A stretch of DNA of 63,976 nucleotides, filler included. It is 6 parts of 6 records of this genome, joined end to end, with 100 filler letters (N's around TTAATTAATTAA, not from the genome) between each part and the next. Parts side by side here need not be neighbours in the genome. Positions count along the whole stretch, not along the records: positions 49,150 to 58,332 come from SRR2962707_5497; positions 58,433 to 63,976 come from SRR2962707_5525; 4 more parts are not named here. The stretch is one strand, 5' to 3'. The position numbers and the translations under genes are program-made. The notes under the pieces are model-generated. The model made no database searches. It was given only the letters and a program-made list of their open reading frames with translations, and had not been told where the DNA came from. Positions within the stretch are counted from its first letter, which is position 1. Every line of letters starts with the position of its first letter. Below, in pieces: positions 51,318 to 61,764 of the stretch.

Positions 51318-51946
51318 TCGGTGTCAAGATATCCACGGACCGCCGTCCAGATCGCCTCCGCAACCTCTGCCTCGTCCTTCTCCGCGTCTATGACGAGGCA
51401 TCGTTCCGGCTCGATTTTGGCAATGTTCAGAAAGGCTTGGCGTAGCGTTTTGTGGAATTCGATGGTCATGCGTTCGTAGCGGTCCTCGCCGTCCGCCCGC
51501 CGCCCTGCCCTCGCCAGCCCCGTCTCCGGCGCGAGGTCGAGGATGAGCGTCCGCGCGGGCATGTCGTCGCCCACAACCAACTCTCTGAGTTCATTGATGA
51601 ATTCCGCTCCGAGCTTCTGCGCGATGCCCTGATAGGCCATGGTCGAGTCCACGAACCTGTCCGAAATTACCCAGTCACCGCGCTCCAGCGCAGGCCGCAC
51701 CGTCCGCGCCAGATGCTCCTCGCGTGCCGCAAAGTGAAGCAGAGCCTCGGTTTTTGGAGCCCAGCGTCCTGTCTCTCCGGTCACCAGCAGTTCGCGGATC
51801 GCCTCCGCTCCCGGCGCCCCGCCCGGTTCGCGCGTCGTCACGACGCGGTGCCCGGCCTCCGTAAGCCTTTGAGCCAGAAGACGAATTTGCGTTGACTTGC
51901 CTGCGCCTTCGCCGCCTTCGAGGGTGATGAAACGGCGCTGGCTCAC
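51308..51946 (-). CDS. tmk: Thymidylate kinase
   Basis: EGGEGAGKST, TREPGG, SDRF..STMAYQG. Confidence 0.96.
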   Translation of the reverse strand: MSQRRFITLEGGEGAGKSTQIRLLAQRLTEAGHRVVTTREPGGAPGAEAIRELLVTGETGRWAPKTEALLHFAAREEHLARTVRPALERGDWVISDRFVDSTMAYQGIAQKLGAEFINELRELVVGDDMPARTLILDLAPETGLARAGRRADGEDRYERMTIEFHKTLRQAFLNIAKIEPERCLVIDAEKDEAEVAEAIWTAVRGYLDTDCH

Positions 51947-51950
51947 GTCT

Positions 51951-53105
51951 CTAGCTGCCGAGGATCATGTGCTTCAGCGCACCCATCGCGCGGCCGAAGA
52001 TGCCCTGCCGTTCGACCGCGCCACCGGCAACGAGCGGATATTCCTTTGCAGGCATTTCAGGCGCTTCGACCTTCAGTACACCGATCTGTTGGCCGGTCTC
52101 GATGGGCGCCATGATCGGTGTCTCATAGACCACGGACACCTTCATCTCCTTGCGCTGGTCGGGCGACATGATGACGTCGATGTCGTTCTTGCTGACGAGC
52201 GGCACCTGCTCATACGTGCCTTGCCACACAGGCGCATTGTCGACGGGCGTGCCCGCCGCAAAGAGCTTGTAGTGCTTGAACGAACGGAAGCCCCAGTCGA
52301 GCAGCCGCACGCTTTCATCCGCGCGCGCCTTTTCGCTCGGCAGTCCGTTCAGCACGAGAATGAGCCGCTGATCCTTGCGCTTTGCGGAGGCGACAAGACC
52401 GTAGCCGGAGGCTTCCGTGTGACCTGTCTTCAGTCCGTCGACGGACGGATCCATATAGAGCGCGGGGTTCCGGTTGCCCTGTCTGATGCCGTTCCAGGTG
52501 AAATCGGTTTCCTTGAAGATCGGATAGTATTCCGGGAACTCCATGATGAGATGGCGGGCGAGCACGGCGAGATCGTGCGCCGTCATCAGGTGATCGGGGT
52601 GCGGCCAGCCGGTCGAATTCATGAATTCGGAATTGGTGAGCCCGATTTCCTTGCCGCGCTCCGTCATCGCTTCTGCAAAAGCAGACTCAGACCCGGAAAG
52701 CGCTTCCGCCGTTGCGATGCAGGCATCGTTGCCGGATTGCACGATGATGCCGCGAAGGATCGCGTCGACCGGCACGGTCGTGTTCAGATCGGCAAACATC
52801 GTCGAAGAGCCCGAGGCTGCGCCGCCCGCGCGCCAGGCGTGTTCGCTGATCTTGAACTCGTCATCCATCGCAACAGAGCCGTCACGCAATGCGTTGAAGA
52901 GCATTTCGAGCGTCATGAGCTTGCTCATGCTCGCCGGGTGCATCTGTTCGTCCGGATTCTTGGCCCAGAGAATGGTGCCGGTTTCATGGTCCATCAGGGC
53001 GGCATATTCGGCGCTGGTGTCGAAGGCGGCTGCCGTCCGCGGCAGCATGAAGACGCCTGCCAGCAAAATGGACAGAAGTGCCGGAAAATACTTGGCTCGC
53101 ATCAT
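51951..53105 (-). CDS. dacA: D-alanyl-D-alanine carboxypeptidase (S11)
   Basis: PASMSK, SGN, KTG motifs. Confidence 0.92.
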   Translation of the reverse strand: MMRAKYFPALLSILLAGVFMLPRTAAAFDTSAEYAALMDHETGTILWAKNPDEQMHPASMSKLMTLEMLFNALRDGSVAMDDEFKISEHAWRAGGAASGSSTMFADLNTTVPVDAILRGIIVQSGNDACIATAEALSGSESAFAEAMTERGKEIGLTNSEFMNSTGWPHPDHLMTAHDLAVLARHLIMEFPEYYPIFKETDFTWNGIRQGNRNPALYMDPSVDGLKTGHTEASGYGLVASAKRKDQRLILVLNGLPSEKARADESVRLLDWGFRSFKHYKLFAAGTPVDNAPVWQGTYEQVPLVSKNDIDVIMSPDQRKEMKVSVVYETPIMAPIETGQQIGVLKVEAPEMPAKEYPLVAGGAVERQGIFGRAMGALKHMILGS

Positions 53106-53146
53106 GATTTTACGCTGTTCCTTTTGTCTCTTGCTCGGGCGGACAA

Positions 53147-54160
53147 TCAGTCGACCACAATCCGGGCGCCTTTATGGCCTTGCGCGATGACATTCTGCAG
53201 TGAGCTGTCGGCGGCGGGGACATTCGAAAGCGGGCCGACGCGGACGCGGTAATAAGGTGTTCCATCAACCATCGTGGTCTGGATCTCGACGCGTCCGACA
53301 CCGGCAAGCTGCTGCCGGACGGATTCGGCATTCTGCAAATTCTGGAAAGAACCCGCCTGGACATAGATGTTGCCCGGGCCGCTGACGGGAACCCGGTCCA
53401 CGGTTTCCGCCGCGCGCTGCGGCGCATTGTCGGGAATGGGTTTCATCGTCGCTTCGGCAGGCGGAGGCGTTGAAGGCGCGGCGGCACTCGATGCCCCGAC
53501 GGGAGCGGCAAGCGCCGATGTCGAGACCGTCGCGACTTTGGTGATCGGGGCCGTGCCCGCCACCTGCCGTTCTTCCTGCGGCGTGTCGACAGGCGGCGCC
53601 ACGAAAGTTTCAGCAACGCCACGTCCGTCGCCCACGCCGCCTTCGAGCGGTGCCCGTCCGACATACTGGACGCGAACTTTCGCCGTTCCCTTCTGCACGA
53701 AGCCAAGAAGGTCGGCGGCATGTTTCGACATGTCGATTTCACGTCCGGCGGCAAAAGGCCCGCGATCGTTGACGCGAACGATGATCGACTTGCCGTTTTC
53801 GAGATTGGTGACGCGCGCAAGCACAGGCATCGGAAGCGTCGGATGCGCGGCGGTCAACTGGTTCTGATCGAAGACTTCTCCGTTGGCGGTGGCCTTACCG
53901 TGAAAACCGGGGCCGTACCACGAAGCGATGCCCGTAGAATCGTATTTGTCGTTTTCGGCCGGGTAATACCAGATGCCGTTGATCTGATAGGGATTGCCAA
54001 CCTTGTAGATGCCACCGCCCTGCTTGAGCGGCGTTTGGCGCGGGGTTTCCGTCGTACCGCAAGCTGCAAGCGCGAGGACGGCGGGAAAGATTATGGCGAA
54101 GGCCACCCCGCGCGGCAGGGTCTTGCTGCGGCGAACGGTCTTTGCAGGTCGAAAAAACAT
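53147..54160 (-). CDS. rlpA: Septal ring lytic transglycosylase lipoprotein with a SPOR domain
   Basis: Lipobox LAAC, ASWYG, TAAHPTLP, VNDRGPF, SPOR VQAGSF..YRVRVGP. Confidence 0.94.
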   Translation of the reverse strand: MFFRPAKTVRRSKTLPRGVAFAIIFPAVLALAACGTTETPRQTPLKQGGGIYKVGNPYQINGIWYYPAENDKYDSTGIASWYGPGFHGKATANGEVFDQNQLTAAHPTLPMPVLARVTNLENGKSIIVRVNDRGPFAAGREIDMSKHAADLLGFVQKGTAKVRVQYVGRAPLEGGVGDGRGVAETFVAPPVDTPQEERQVAGTAPITKVATVSTSALAAPVGASSAAAPSTPPPAEATMKPIPDNAPQRAAETVDRVPVSGPGNIYVQAGSFQNLQNAESVRQQLAGVGRVEIQTTMVDGTPYYRVRVGPLSNVPAADSSLQNVIAQGHKGARIVVD

Positions 54161-54354
54161 CGGGAAACCTCAGTTCGAGGAACAAACGCCATTTGGCGTC
54201 GAATCACCCCGCGAACGCTATTAAGCCTTATAATCAGCGGCGCTTTACGCGGCAAGGCATGGCCGGGCCGTCGGTCTCCGGCGACTGTTTGCAGCCGCTC
54301 CACGGACATTACATCATGGCCCCCGAAAATTCGGTATTCAGCGAAAGAACGCCA

Positions 54355-55698
54355 GTGAACGATTTGTCATCCAGATTCGCCTCGTCCGCCTCGCTTACGG
54401 CGGAACTCGTGGACCTCATCCGGGCGAAACCCGTCACGGAGAGCGACCTCGAAATGGCGGCGCTCTTCACGCTCGATGCCGTCGCCAACAGCCTTGCCGG
54501 GCGGAACTCCGCGCCGGGCCGCATTCTTCTATCGTGGGCGGGTAGCAATACAGGAACGAATGCCATACCCGATGCCGGGCGGACGGCCTTTCTGCTCGGA
54601 GCGCTCTGCCACATTCTGGAAACGGACGACCTGCACCGGGAATCCGTGGTGCATCCGGGATGTGTCGTGGTTCCGGCTGCCTGGGCGCTTGCGGCAAAGC
54701 ACAACATGAGCGGCCGTGATTTCCTGATCGCCGTTCTCCACGGGTTCGAGGCGGCGACGCGCGTCGGCATGGCTGTCGGGCCTGCGCATTACCGCATCTG
54801 GCACAACACGGCGACCTGCGGTCCCTATGGCGCGGCGATGGCATCGGCCTCACTTCTCGGTCTCGACGACGAGGCGGCCGTCAATGCGCTCGGCAATGCG
54901 GGAAGCCAGTCGTCCGGTCTCTGGCAGTTTCTCGAAACCGGCGCGATGACGAAGCATCTGCATGCGGGCCATGCCGCGGAAGCGGGCGTGAAAGCGGCCG
55001 AGCTTGCTTCACTCGGGTTTACCGGCCCTGCGCGGATACTCGAAGGGGAGAAGGGTTTTTTCCGGGCGGCCTGCCCCGACGCAAATCCCGGCGCCGTCAC
55101 GCAAGACCCGTCCGCGCCGTGGCAGCTTGTGAGGACATCCATAAAGCCGTGGCCGTCTTGCCGTCACACGCATCCGACAATCGATGCCGGTGAGGAGCTA
55201 AGGGCCCGTCTGGTAGCGGATAACGTTTCGGCCGAAGAGATAGAAGGGATCGAGGTGGAAACTTATCAAGCAGCCCTCGATGTCTGCGACAGGCCCGTGG
55301 CAACCACCGACTACGAAGCGAAGTTCTCGCTGCAGCATTCGATTGCCGCCGCGCTGCTTTGTCCTTCCGTCGACTTCGATGCGTTTGGAGAAGAGGCGCG
55401 TGCGAGATGCGGGGCGCTTGCGGGCCGTGTGACGCTGCACCTGTCCGAGCCATGGGCGTCGGCCTATCCGGTTTCGTGGGGCGGGCGGGTGACGCTGCGC
55501 CTTCGGAGCGGCGGCGAGTACGTGGCGGAACGCGTGAACGCGAAAGGCGATCCCGAGGCGCCCCTGAGCCGCGATGCGATGATCGGCAAGGCGCTGATGC
55601 TGCTCAGCCATGGCGAAGCCAAAGACCCGGAACGTCTGGTCGAGGACATTCTGTCGATGGCTACGGGCGGAACGCCGCCCGCTATCGATCTCGCATGA
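54355..55698 (+). CDS. MmgE/PrpD family protein
   Basis: ETDDLH..HPG, WHNT, KHLHAG, KPWPSCRHTH, AKFSL, KGDPE. Start could be ATG 54316. Confidence 0.88.
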   Translation: MNDLSSRFASSASLTAELVDLIRAKPVTESDLEMAALFTLDAVANSLAGRNSAPGRILLSWAGSNTGTNAIPDAGRTAFLLGALCHILETDDLHRESVVHPGCVVVPAAWALAAKHNMSGRDFLIAVLHGFEAATRVGMAVGPAHYRIWHNTATCGPYGAAMASASLLGLDDEAAVNALGNAGSQSSGLWQFLETGAMTKHLHAGHAAEAGVKAAELASLGFTGPARILEGEKGFFRAACPDANPGAVTQDPSAPWQLVRTSIKPWPSCRHTHPTIDAGEELRARLVADNVSAEEIEGIEVETYQAALDVCDRPVATTDYEAKFSLQHSIAAALLCPSVDFDAFGEEARARCGALAGRVTLHLSEPWASAYPVSWGGRVTLRLRSGGEYVAERVNAKGDPEAPLSRDAMIGKALMLLSHGEAKDPERLVEDILSMATGGTPPAIDLA

Positions 55699-55710
55699 AG
55701 CGGGTGGCGG

Positions 55711-56055
55711 CTAGCTGGCGCCGTCCACAAGCGGCTTGATGAAGCTCAGATAAGCCTGCCCGAAAAAGCCGATCAGGAAAGGCATCCATATCCATGCCGT
55801 CCGCCAGCGGAGCTTCATCTTCTTTTTCGTCGGAGCATCTTCCGCTTTAGCCGGCGCTGCGACGGGGGGCGCGGCCGGTGCTGGCGCGGCTCCCTGTTCG
55901 GACGAAGTTACCGGCGCAGCAACGGGCGCTGCGTCCCCGGCGAGCACAAGCTCGCGCGCTTCCCTGCGCTCCTGCATGAACTGACGGATCATGAAAAGGC
56001 CGAGCAACATAATAAGGCTCAGCGGAATCCACGGCGACGTTAAATCAACCGGCAC
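55711..56055 (-). CDS. Small hypothetical membrane protein (two TM, Ala/Pro linker)
   Basis: GGGGGAG RBS before GTG; hydrophobic termini. Confidence 0.6.
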   Translation of the reverse strand: MPVDLTSPWIPLSLIMLLGLFMIRQFMQERREARELVLAGDAAPVAAPVTSSEQGAAPAPAAPPVAAPAKAEDAPTKKKMKLRWRTAWIWMPFLIGFFGQAYLSFIKPLVDGAS

Positions 56056-56257
56056 AACAACACTCCCCCCGAAAACAAAGCCCGCAGCTTTATAGCCGTC
56101 TTTTGTCCCATTTTGGCAAGCCCGGGGTGTACTTGCAAAAGAGAATTCACGTTAACCATACGGAACTGGCCGGATCGGCAGGAACCGGCGTCCAAAAAGC
56201 ACAACTTCTGAGTTTCTGGATGAAGACAGGACAGGACTCAGCCGGACCTCTTCCCTT

Positions 56258-56701
56258 TCAGTCAGTTCGACGGCCGCGGAGCGACAGCCACAGGAAGATG
56301 AGACCGAGCGGGATCACTGCCGCACTGGCGTAATGTTCCGGCGGGTAGTTTGACGACGCGGTTCCCTTGAGGAACCAGCCATCGACGGCCATAAGGGCGC
56401 GCTCCACGATCAGCAGAACGAGAAACAAAGGGACCAGCGGCCGGTAACGCCAGCCGACAAGAACCTGCGCCGCCCCATGCGTGATCTGCATGGCGCCCAT
56501 CCAGGCAAAGACGGCAATGATCGTGTCCCCGCGCACCGACAGGTCCATGCCGGCAATGACGGAGGCCCCGCCGTCCGGCAGGAAATAGTGGATGCATCCG
56601 GGCAGAACAGTGAGCGCGCCGGCAAGCATGAGAAACCAAGCCGACGCCTTTACTCCGTCATACTGGGAGTTTGTGCTTGCGGGAAAGAGCCTCTTGAGGA
56701 C
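56258..56701 (-). CDS. Hypothetical membrane protein; native start codon apparently lost
   Basis: Frame stays open upstream of ATG 56629 as VLKRLFPASTNSQYDGVKASAWFL, beginning with GTC. Confidence 0.55.
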   Translation of the reverse strand, partial: VLKRLFPASTNSQYDGVKASAWFLMLAGALTVLPGCIHYFLPDGGASVIAGMDLSVRGDTIIAVFAWMGAMQITHGAAQVLVGWRYRPLVPLFLVLLIVERALMAVDGWFLKGTASSNYPPEHYASAAVIPLGLIFLWLSLRGRRTD

Positions 56702-57190
56702 GTTCTCTCAATGAACGCCTTGATCTTCTCCACGAGAATTTCCGGCGCGTCTTCCTGAATGAAGTGATTGGCGTGGCCGATGGTTGCGTGGTCTTGGCCT
56801 TTCGCGCCCGGAATTTCTGCATGGGCTCGCTTGTCCCATCCCTTGGATACGGGATCGAACGCACCGAAAATCGTGAGGAACGGCTTGTCGAACGTCTTCA
56901 GCTTTTCCCATGCGGCCCGGTTGAGTGGCCCTCCCGGGTTGTCGGGCTGAACGGCGAACAGAAGCGGAAAGCGAAGAATGCCCGCTTCGTATTCCGCCGA
57001 GGGAAAGAACGCGCGATATGCGGCGATCTCTTCCTCCGACAGGTTCGCGCTCATCCCTTGCGCAAACATATCCCAGGGAAATCGAGCCGCATCGCGCATC
57101 ATGCCGACCCACATTTTCATGACCACGCTTTCGCCCTCGCCGAGCGGCAGCCCGGTGTTTGAGGCGATGACGCGGATCGCGAAGAACGAA
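56650..57190 (-). pseudogene. C-terminal half of a haloalkane dehalogenase-like hydrolase
   Basis: ASNTGLP..AAYRAFFP..FDKPFLTIFG..ANHFIQED present; the N-terminal half with the DWG nucleophile is absent. Confidence 0.75.
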
Positions 57191-57194
57191 TGAG

Positions 57195-57762
57195 AATTGT
57201 GATCTGAGCGAGAGCGGCCGTCAGCGCGAAAACGAGTTTCCGCTGTGGCGGCGAACTTGAAAGAATGTGCTTCGGTGAATCTCGGGTCGAGGGCGAGCTC
57301 CACCATGTCCCGGCGGCTGCGCTAGCGCATGAAACCGACGACGGTCCAGCCTGGGTCCGCACTGACACGCCAGGCATCGAAATAGCCGCCGACTTTTCGC
57401 GATACAACAGCTGGATGTCCCCCGCGCACAAGCAGGGCCCGCATGAAGGCACTGGTATATTTTTGCAGGAGATCCCTGCCCGTCGAAGGCTCGCCGGTTA
57501 CAGGATCCGCGATCTCACCGGGCACGATTTTCACGAGATTGAGCATGACGAACTCACCGCCATCATCCGTCTCGAGAAAGCGCCGCATGGTAGCGAGGTC
57601 GTTTCGCTCGTCGCCATGGACGGTCTGCATCCGCGCCATGTAGCGGTCTACTTCTTCCGCGTTGAGAGGACCGCGCCAATTCACGTATCAGCCGAAAAAC
57701 AGGACCGTTGCGAGAAGCGCAACACCCCACACCCAAAATCCATATCCCCAGAACGTCCCCAT
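57195..57762 (-). pseudogene. Membrane-anchored DUF1330-like gene broken by two nonsense codons
   Basis: GGAGG + ATG 57762: MGTFWGYGFW..LFFG*YVNWRGPL..EFVMLNL..GFMR*RSRRDMVELALDPRF, all in one frame. Confidence 0.75.
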
Positions 57763-57832
57763 AGGCCCCTCCTCCGCGGTAGCCATATAATGACATATTG
57801 AGTGTCATAATATCAAGATGGGGACGAGAACG

Positions 57833-57873
57833 AAAAACCAGCCTCCCCCGCCTGGTTACGGCGGGGCGGTTTC
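57833..57873 (-). terminator. Probable terminator downstream of tRNA-Ser
   Basis: GC hairpin (ccccgcc..ggcgggg) with an A-run on the plus strand. Confidence 0.5.
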
Positions 57874-57893
57874 ATTCGACGGAAAATCGGAGC

Positions 57894-57983
57894 TGGCGGA
57901 TGGGGTGGGATTCGAACCCACGGTACGGTTCCCCGCACGCTAGTTTTCAAGACTAGAGCCTTAAACCACTCGGCCACCCATCC
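57894..57983 (-). tRNA. tRNA-Ser(UGA)
   Basis: GGATGGGTGGCCGAGTGG..CTAGT-CT-TGA-AA-ACTAG..long variable arm..GGTTCGAATCC..CCA, 90 nt. Confidence 0.97.
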
Positions 57984-58110
57984 GTCGGGGCATCGGATAC
58001 CTGTGCCGCTCGAAATCTGCAAGGCCCGAGATCGCCGTGTAAATGAACCAAATTGTTTGCAATGCGTGGGCGGGGCAAACATGGTGGGTCAGGGATAAGG
58101 GAACTGCATC

Positions 58111-58332
58111 ATGACCGACTTTTTGCTTTTGGCTTTTACCTTCTTGATTGCCGGCGTGGTGGCGGTTCCGATCGCTTCGCGATTGGGGCTGGGGTCGGTG
58201 CTGGGCTATCTGGTGGCGGGGATCGTGATCAGCCCGGTGCTGGCGCTTTTGCATGTCGATGTCGCCTCGATCCAGCATTTCGCGGAGTTCGGCGTCGTCA
58301 TGATGCTGTTTCTGGTCGGGCTTGAGCTGGAG
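58111..58332 (+). CDS. Kef-type K+/H+ antiporter (CPA2), 5' part only
   Basis: [37 protein letters not shown]. Confidence 0.88.
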
Positions 58333-58432
58333 NNNNNNNNNNNNNNNNNNNNNNNNNNNNNNNNNNNNNNNNNNNNTTAATTAATTAANNNNNNNNNNNN
58401 NNNNNNNNNNNNNNNNNNNNNNNNNNNNNNNN
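58333..58432. other. Artificial contig linker
   Basis: N-TTAATTAATTAA-N. Confidence 0.99.
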
Positions 58433-58470
58433 GACGAAGACGAAGAAGAAGAAGACGAAGAAGTAGTAGT
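58433..58470. repeat. GAA/GAC microsatellite at the contig start
   Basis: gacgaagacgaagaagaagaagacgaagaagtagtagt. Confidence 0.7.
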
Positions 58471-58541
58471 CGCCGAATTCACTAAAATACCAAGAAGAAG
58501 GCGAAGGAGCGTGGATTTTTTTGGGACGCCGAGTCGAAGCA

Positions 58542-61500
58542 ATGTCTCCAGCAGGGCTGCTGGGCGTGCTGCTGAGCTGCTGTGTGGTGTGCTATGCAGG
58601 AGCGACTTTGCTCCTCTACACGCTGGGCTTCGCCTTCACGCGCCCTTGCACGGCCCAAGGGGCGGTTGTTCAGGAGTACACTGGGTGCTTCTCTTGGTCG
58701 GAGTGGTTCCAGTCCGTCGGTATCGTGCTCTTGAGCTTCGGCTTCTTCGCCTTTGCCTCGTCCAGTGTGACCGCTTCCGTCCACGCGGCTGCAGCAGGAG
58801 CAGGACCCGGAGGGAAGAAAGGCTGTGGTGGTGGGTGCTGTTTTGGGTACTTTTCCATTCTGCTCCTGCTGGCGATGATGCTGTTTGCCTCGGGCGGTTC
58901 CATGTGGTATCTTGCGAAGCCGTGGGATACGTACCAGGCCGACGCAACGGGCAACACGCTCCCGGCAGACCAGTGGACCATCGACTCGTGGCTGGTGTTT
59001 CTGGGTGGCGCCATTTTCGCAGGTGCTGCTCCCTTCACGCTCGCGCTCGTCATGGTCCTCTGTAATCTCCGCTCGTCTGGAGCGATGCAAGCGAATCGGC
59101 ACAAAGCCACGGTGTCCGGCGAATTCGATGAGTTGGCAGGCGAACGATGGGGTGAAGAAGCGCCCGGCGGGTCGCTGGAGGAAGAGCTGCTTCGCGGGAA
59201 AGAAGGCGGCGTGTTTTCTCGCATGGTGGGCAAGCACCATGGGCAAGGAAAAATTCCTTACGGGCGGGTGTTTGCGGCGCTCCTCGTGTTGACTGTATTT
59301 TTCGTGGCGACCACGGTTGGCTCGCCCATTTGGAACTATTCAGCCAACTCGTACTTCTTCTCGAGGTCCGATTTTCCGTGGGGAAATCTGTCACTTGGTG
59401 GGATTCGCTCGTGTTCAGTGGGGCCCGACAGCACTTGCAGTTGCGGGAAGGACGTTTGCCCGTGGTTTTCGTTCAAGCTCTACACTGACACATTCATGTT
59501 CGTCCCCCTGGTTGGGTTGTCACGCTTCGTGTGCGCCTCCAGCCTTGTGATATGAAAACCGCTTTAATTTGTCGTCTCCGACACATTCCACGTTTGTTGT
59601 TTGCGCAGGTATTACCTTTTCCTTGCTGTGATTGTCGTAACTGGTGCGATTGCACACAACGTCCGATGTTGTACATGTGCACGCCGCACTATTGGCGGGC
59701 CGCGATCGGTGGTGGCATGCAAATGGCTCCCTCGGCAGCTGCAGTGCTACAAGCAAGGGTGCTCGGTGTTGGAGGGGCTCCTGCTCGTGGCGAGCTTTTT
59801 GTTTTTCGTTTTCTGGTTCTGCTATTGGTATGCAATTTACGGAATCTATCGCTTCGAACAGCAGGACGCGGCCCACGATTGCTGGCCCAACGAGAACAGA
59901 ACGTTGGAGGATAACTTGCAGGGAACAACATGTGATAATATTCCTGGGAGTATCATGACCAATATGTCCCAGGTTCACGTAATTGCGCGCACTATGGGTC
60001 ACATGTCGTCGCTGTCCTTTGCCATGACGGCATTGCCTGTGGCGAAGGGAAGCATTTTACTATCTGCTGCCGGAGTGAGCTGGGAGGCTGCACTTCATTG
60101 GCATCGTGGTCTTGGCGCTGTGGCGTTTATTTCAGTGACGGTGCGTGCCCAGCGAATTGTGAGTTGGGTTTGCTGTTTAGTGAGGTGCGCGGACGTATTG
60201 GAGGTGGACACTTTGCCATCTCATTCGATTCTGCCTTCATCGCTGCTAGGTGCACATGCTGCTGTGGTGGATAAAGTGGGCAGTCGAAGGGTCCTTCTCC
60301 GCAAATCTGCTTTCCATTGACACCAACAAATGGCTGTGGGTAACTCCAGTGTGGCAGCACTACGAGAATTGGAGTGTGTTAATGGCGCAGATGTCGTGGT
60401 TCTTTTTTGCTGCCATGATATTAATTGCTTGGAGGTGCCGTCGCAAAATGTATCGGCTCTTCTACGTTACCCATCATGTCGGCGTCGTTTTCTTGTTGTT
60501 TGGACTTGTCCACGCTTGGAGCTTCTGGTATTTCATGGCGCCCGGATTGTGCTTGTGGTGGGTAGACCGCATGAACCGTTTAGTACGTTCTGCCCGCTCA
60601 CTGCAAGTAATACGCAGCAAGGCACAAGCAAACAGTGATGGGTCACAAGTAACGGTGTGTTGTTGTGGTGGATGTACCCAGCTCGATGTTTGCGCTTCCA
60701 CACTTTATCGTGCGCAAACAACAGATTTCTTATCTGAATTGTGTTGTTTGTGTTGTGTTCGCAGGTCCTGGAAATCTACGCTCCCCACATTGCGCGTAGT
60801 TTTGTGCCTGGGCAGTACGCCCTGCTCAATTTGTCATCCGTGGCGACTCATGAATGGCACCCGTTCACTATCAATGCAAGTGCGGCATCCCCCGAGCATA
60901 ATATCGTCGTGTGCATTAAGGCGCACGGGCGGTGGACGAAGGCTCTGTACAACAATGTGAAGGAGGCACAATCGGCAAATCGATCGTCCCGAACATCCGT
61001 CGGGTCGGTCCTTGTTGGCGGAATCTATGGAGGGGTATCTCCTCACCGGTTTACCAATCCCGAAGAGGACGTGGTGCTCGTCGCCGGCGGAATCGGAGTG
61101 ACTCCTGTCATATCCGTTTTCTGTGCCGCGCTGGCCGCGCAGGAGACGGAAGAAATTGTCCCATCGCCGAGAAGCCGAAGCCGTAACGGACAAGCACGCC
61201 GCGGAAGTTTAATTTTCGTGTGGACCCTGCGCTCCTTGGACCTGTTGAAGTTGCCTGTTGTGTCTGAGGCATTGAATGCGGCAAAACGGCTTTCTCTCGA
61301 TTCGGGCGTCTCTGTTCATATTCATTTAACTGGTGCGGCCGGGCGCGCGGTCGAAGAGGCAGCCGTTCAAGGTACTCCCGAAGGTGATGCCTGCGAGGAC
61401 GAGGAAAGTGCATCAGGTCTGCCAAGTGCACGTCTTCCGGCAGACGAAGGTGTGGTGAGATACTACACGTGCCGCCCGAACTTTGAAGAGCTGTTTAGTT

Positions 61501-61625
61501 CCATGCCGGAGGCGGAAGGAGGTTTCGCGTTCGCCTGTGGCCCCACCGCGTTGCAAGCAGCGGTGACCGAGCAGGCCACTCGCTTTGGATTTCAAGATGT
61601 GCACACGGAAACCTTTGAATTTTGA
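58542..61625 (+). CDS. Eukaryotic ferric reductase/NOX-family flavocytochrome, 4 exons (58542-59497, 59609-60140, 60250-60654, 60765-61625; about 917 aa)
   Basis: GT-AG introns of 111/109/110 nt restore the frame. Heme His pairs HRGLG..TVH and THH..LVH; PGQY, EWHPFT, VAGGIGVTP, CGP, terminal ETFEF. Confidence 0.88.
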
Positions 61626-61764
61626 CGATGGCGGGGAGTGAGCGCAGTTGCATGTCACCAATACGTAACATAAAGTCCTGCGTCGGAATTCGATTTTAAA
61701 ATGTTTTTCAGGTCGTTGTAAGCGAGAGCCAATTGCACTGTTCAGCGGCGCTCATATTTGGATG

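Noticed and set aside
56650-57306. 218-aa ORF read as an intact gene
   Set aside because: Chimera of two pseudogene fragments; lacks the catalytic nucleophile region.
54200-57893. Duplicated tRNA-Ser 3' end (att site) bounding the accessory block
   Set aside because: No second copy of the tRNA 3' end was seen, so island status remains inference only.
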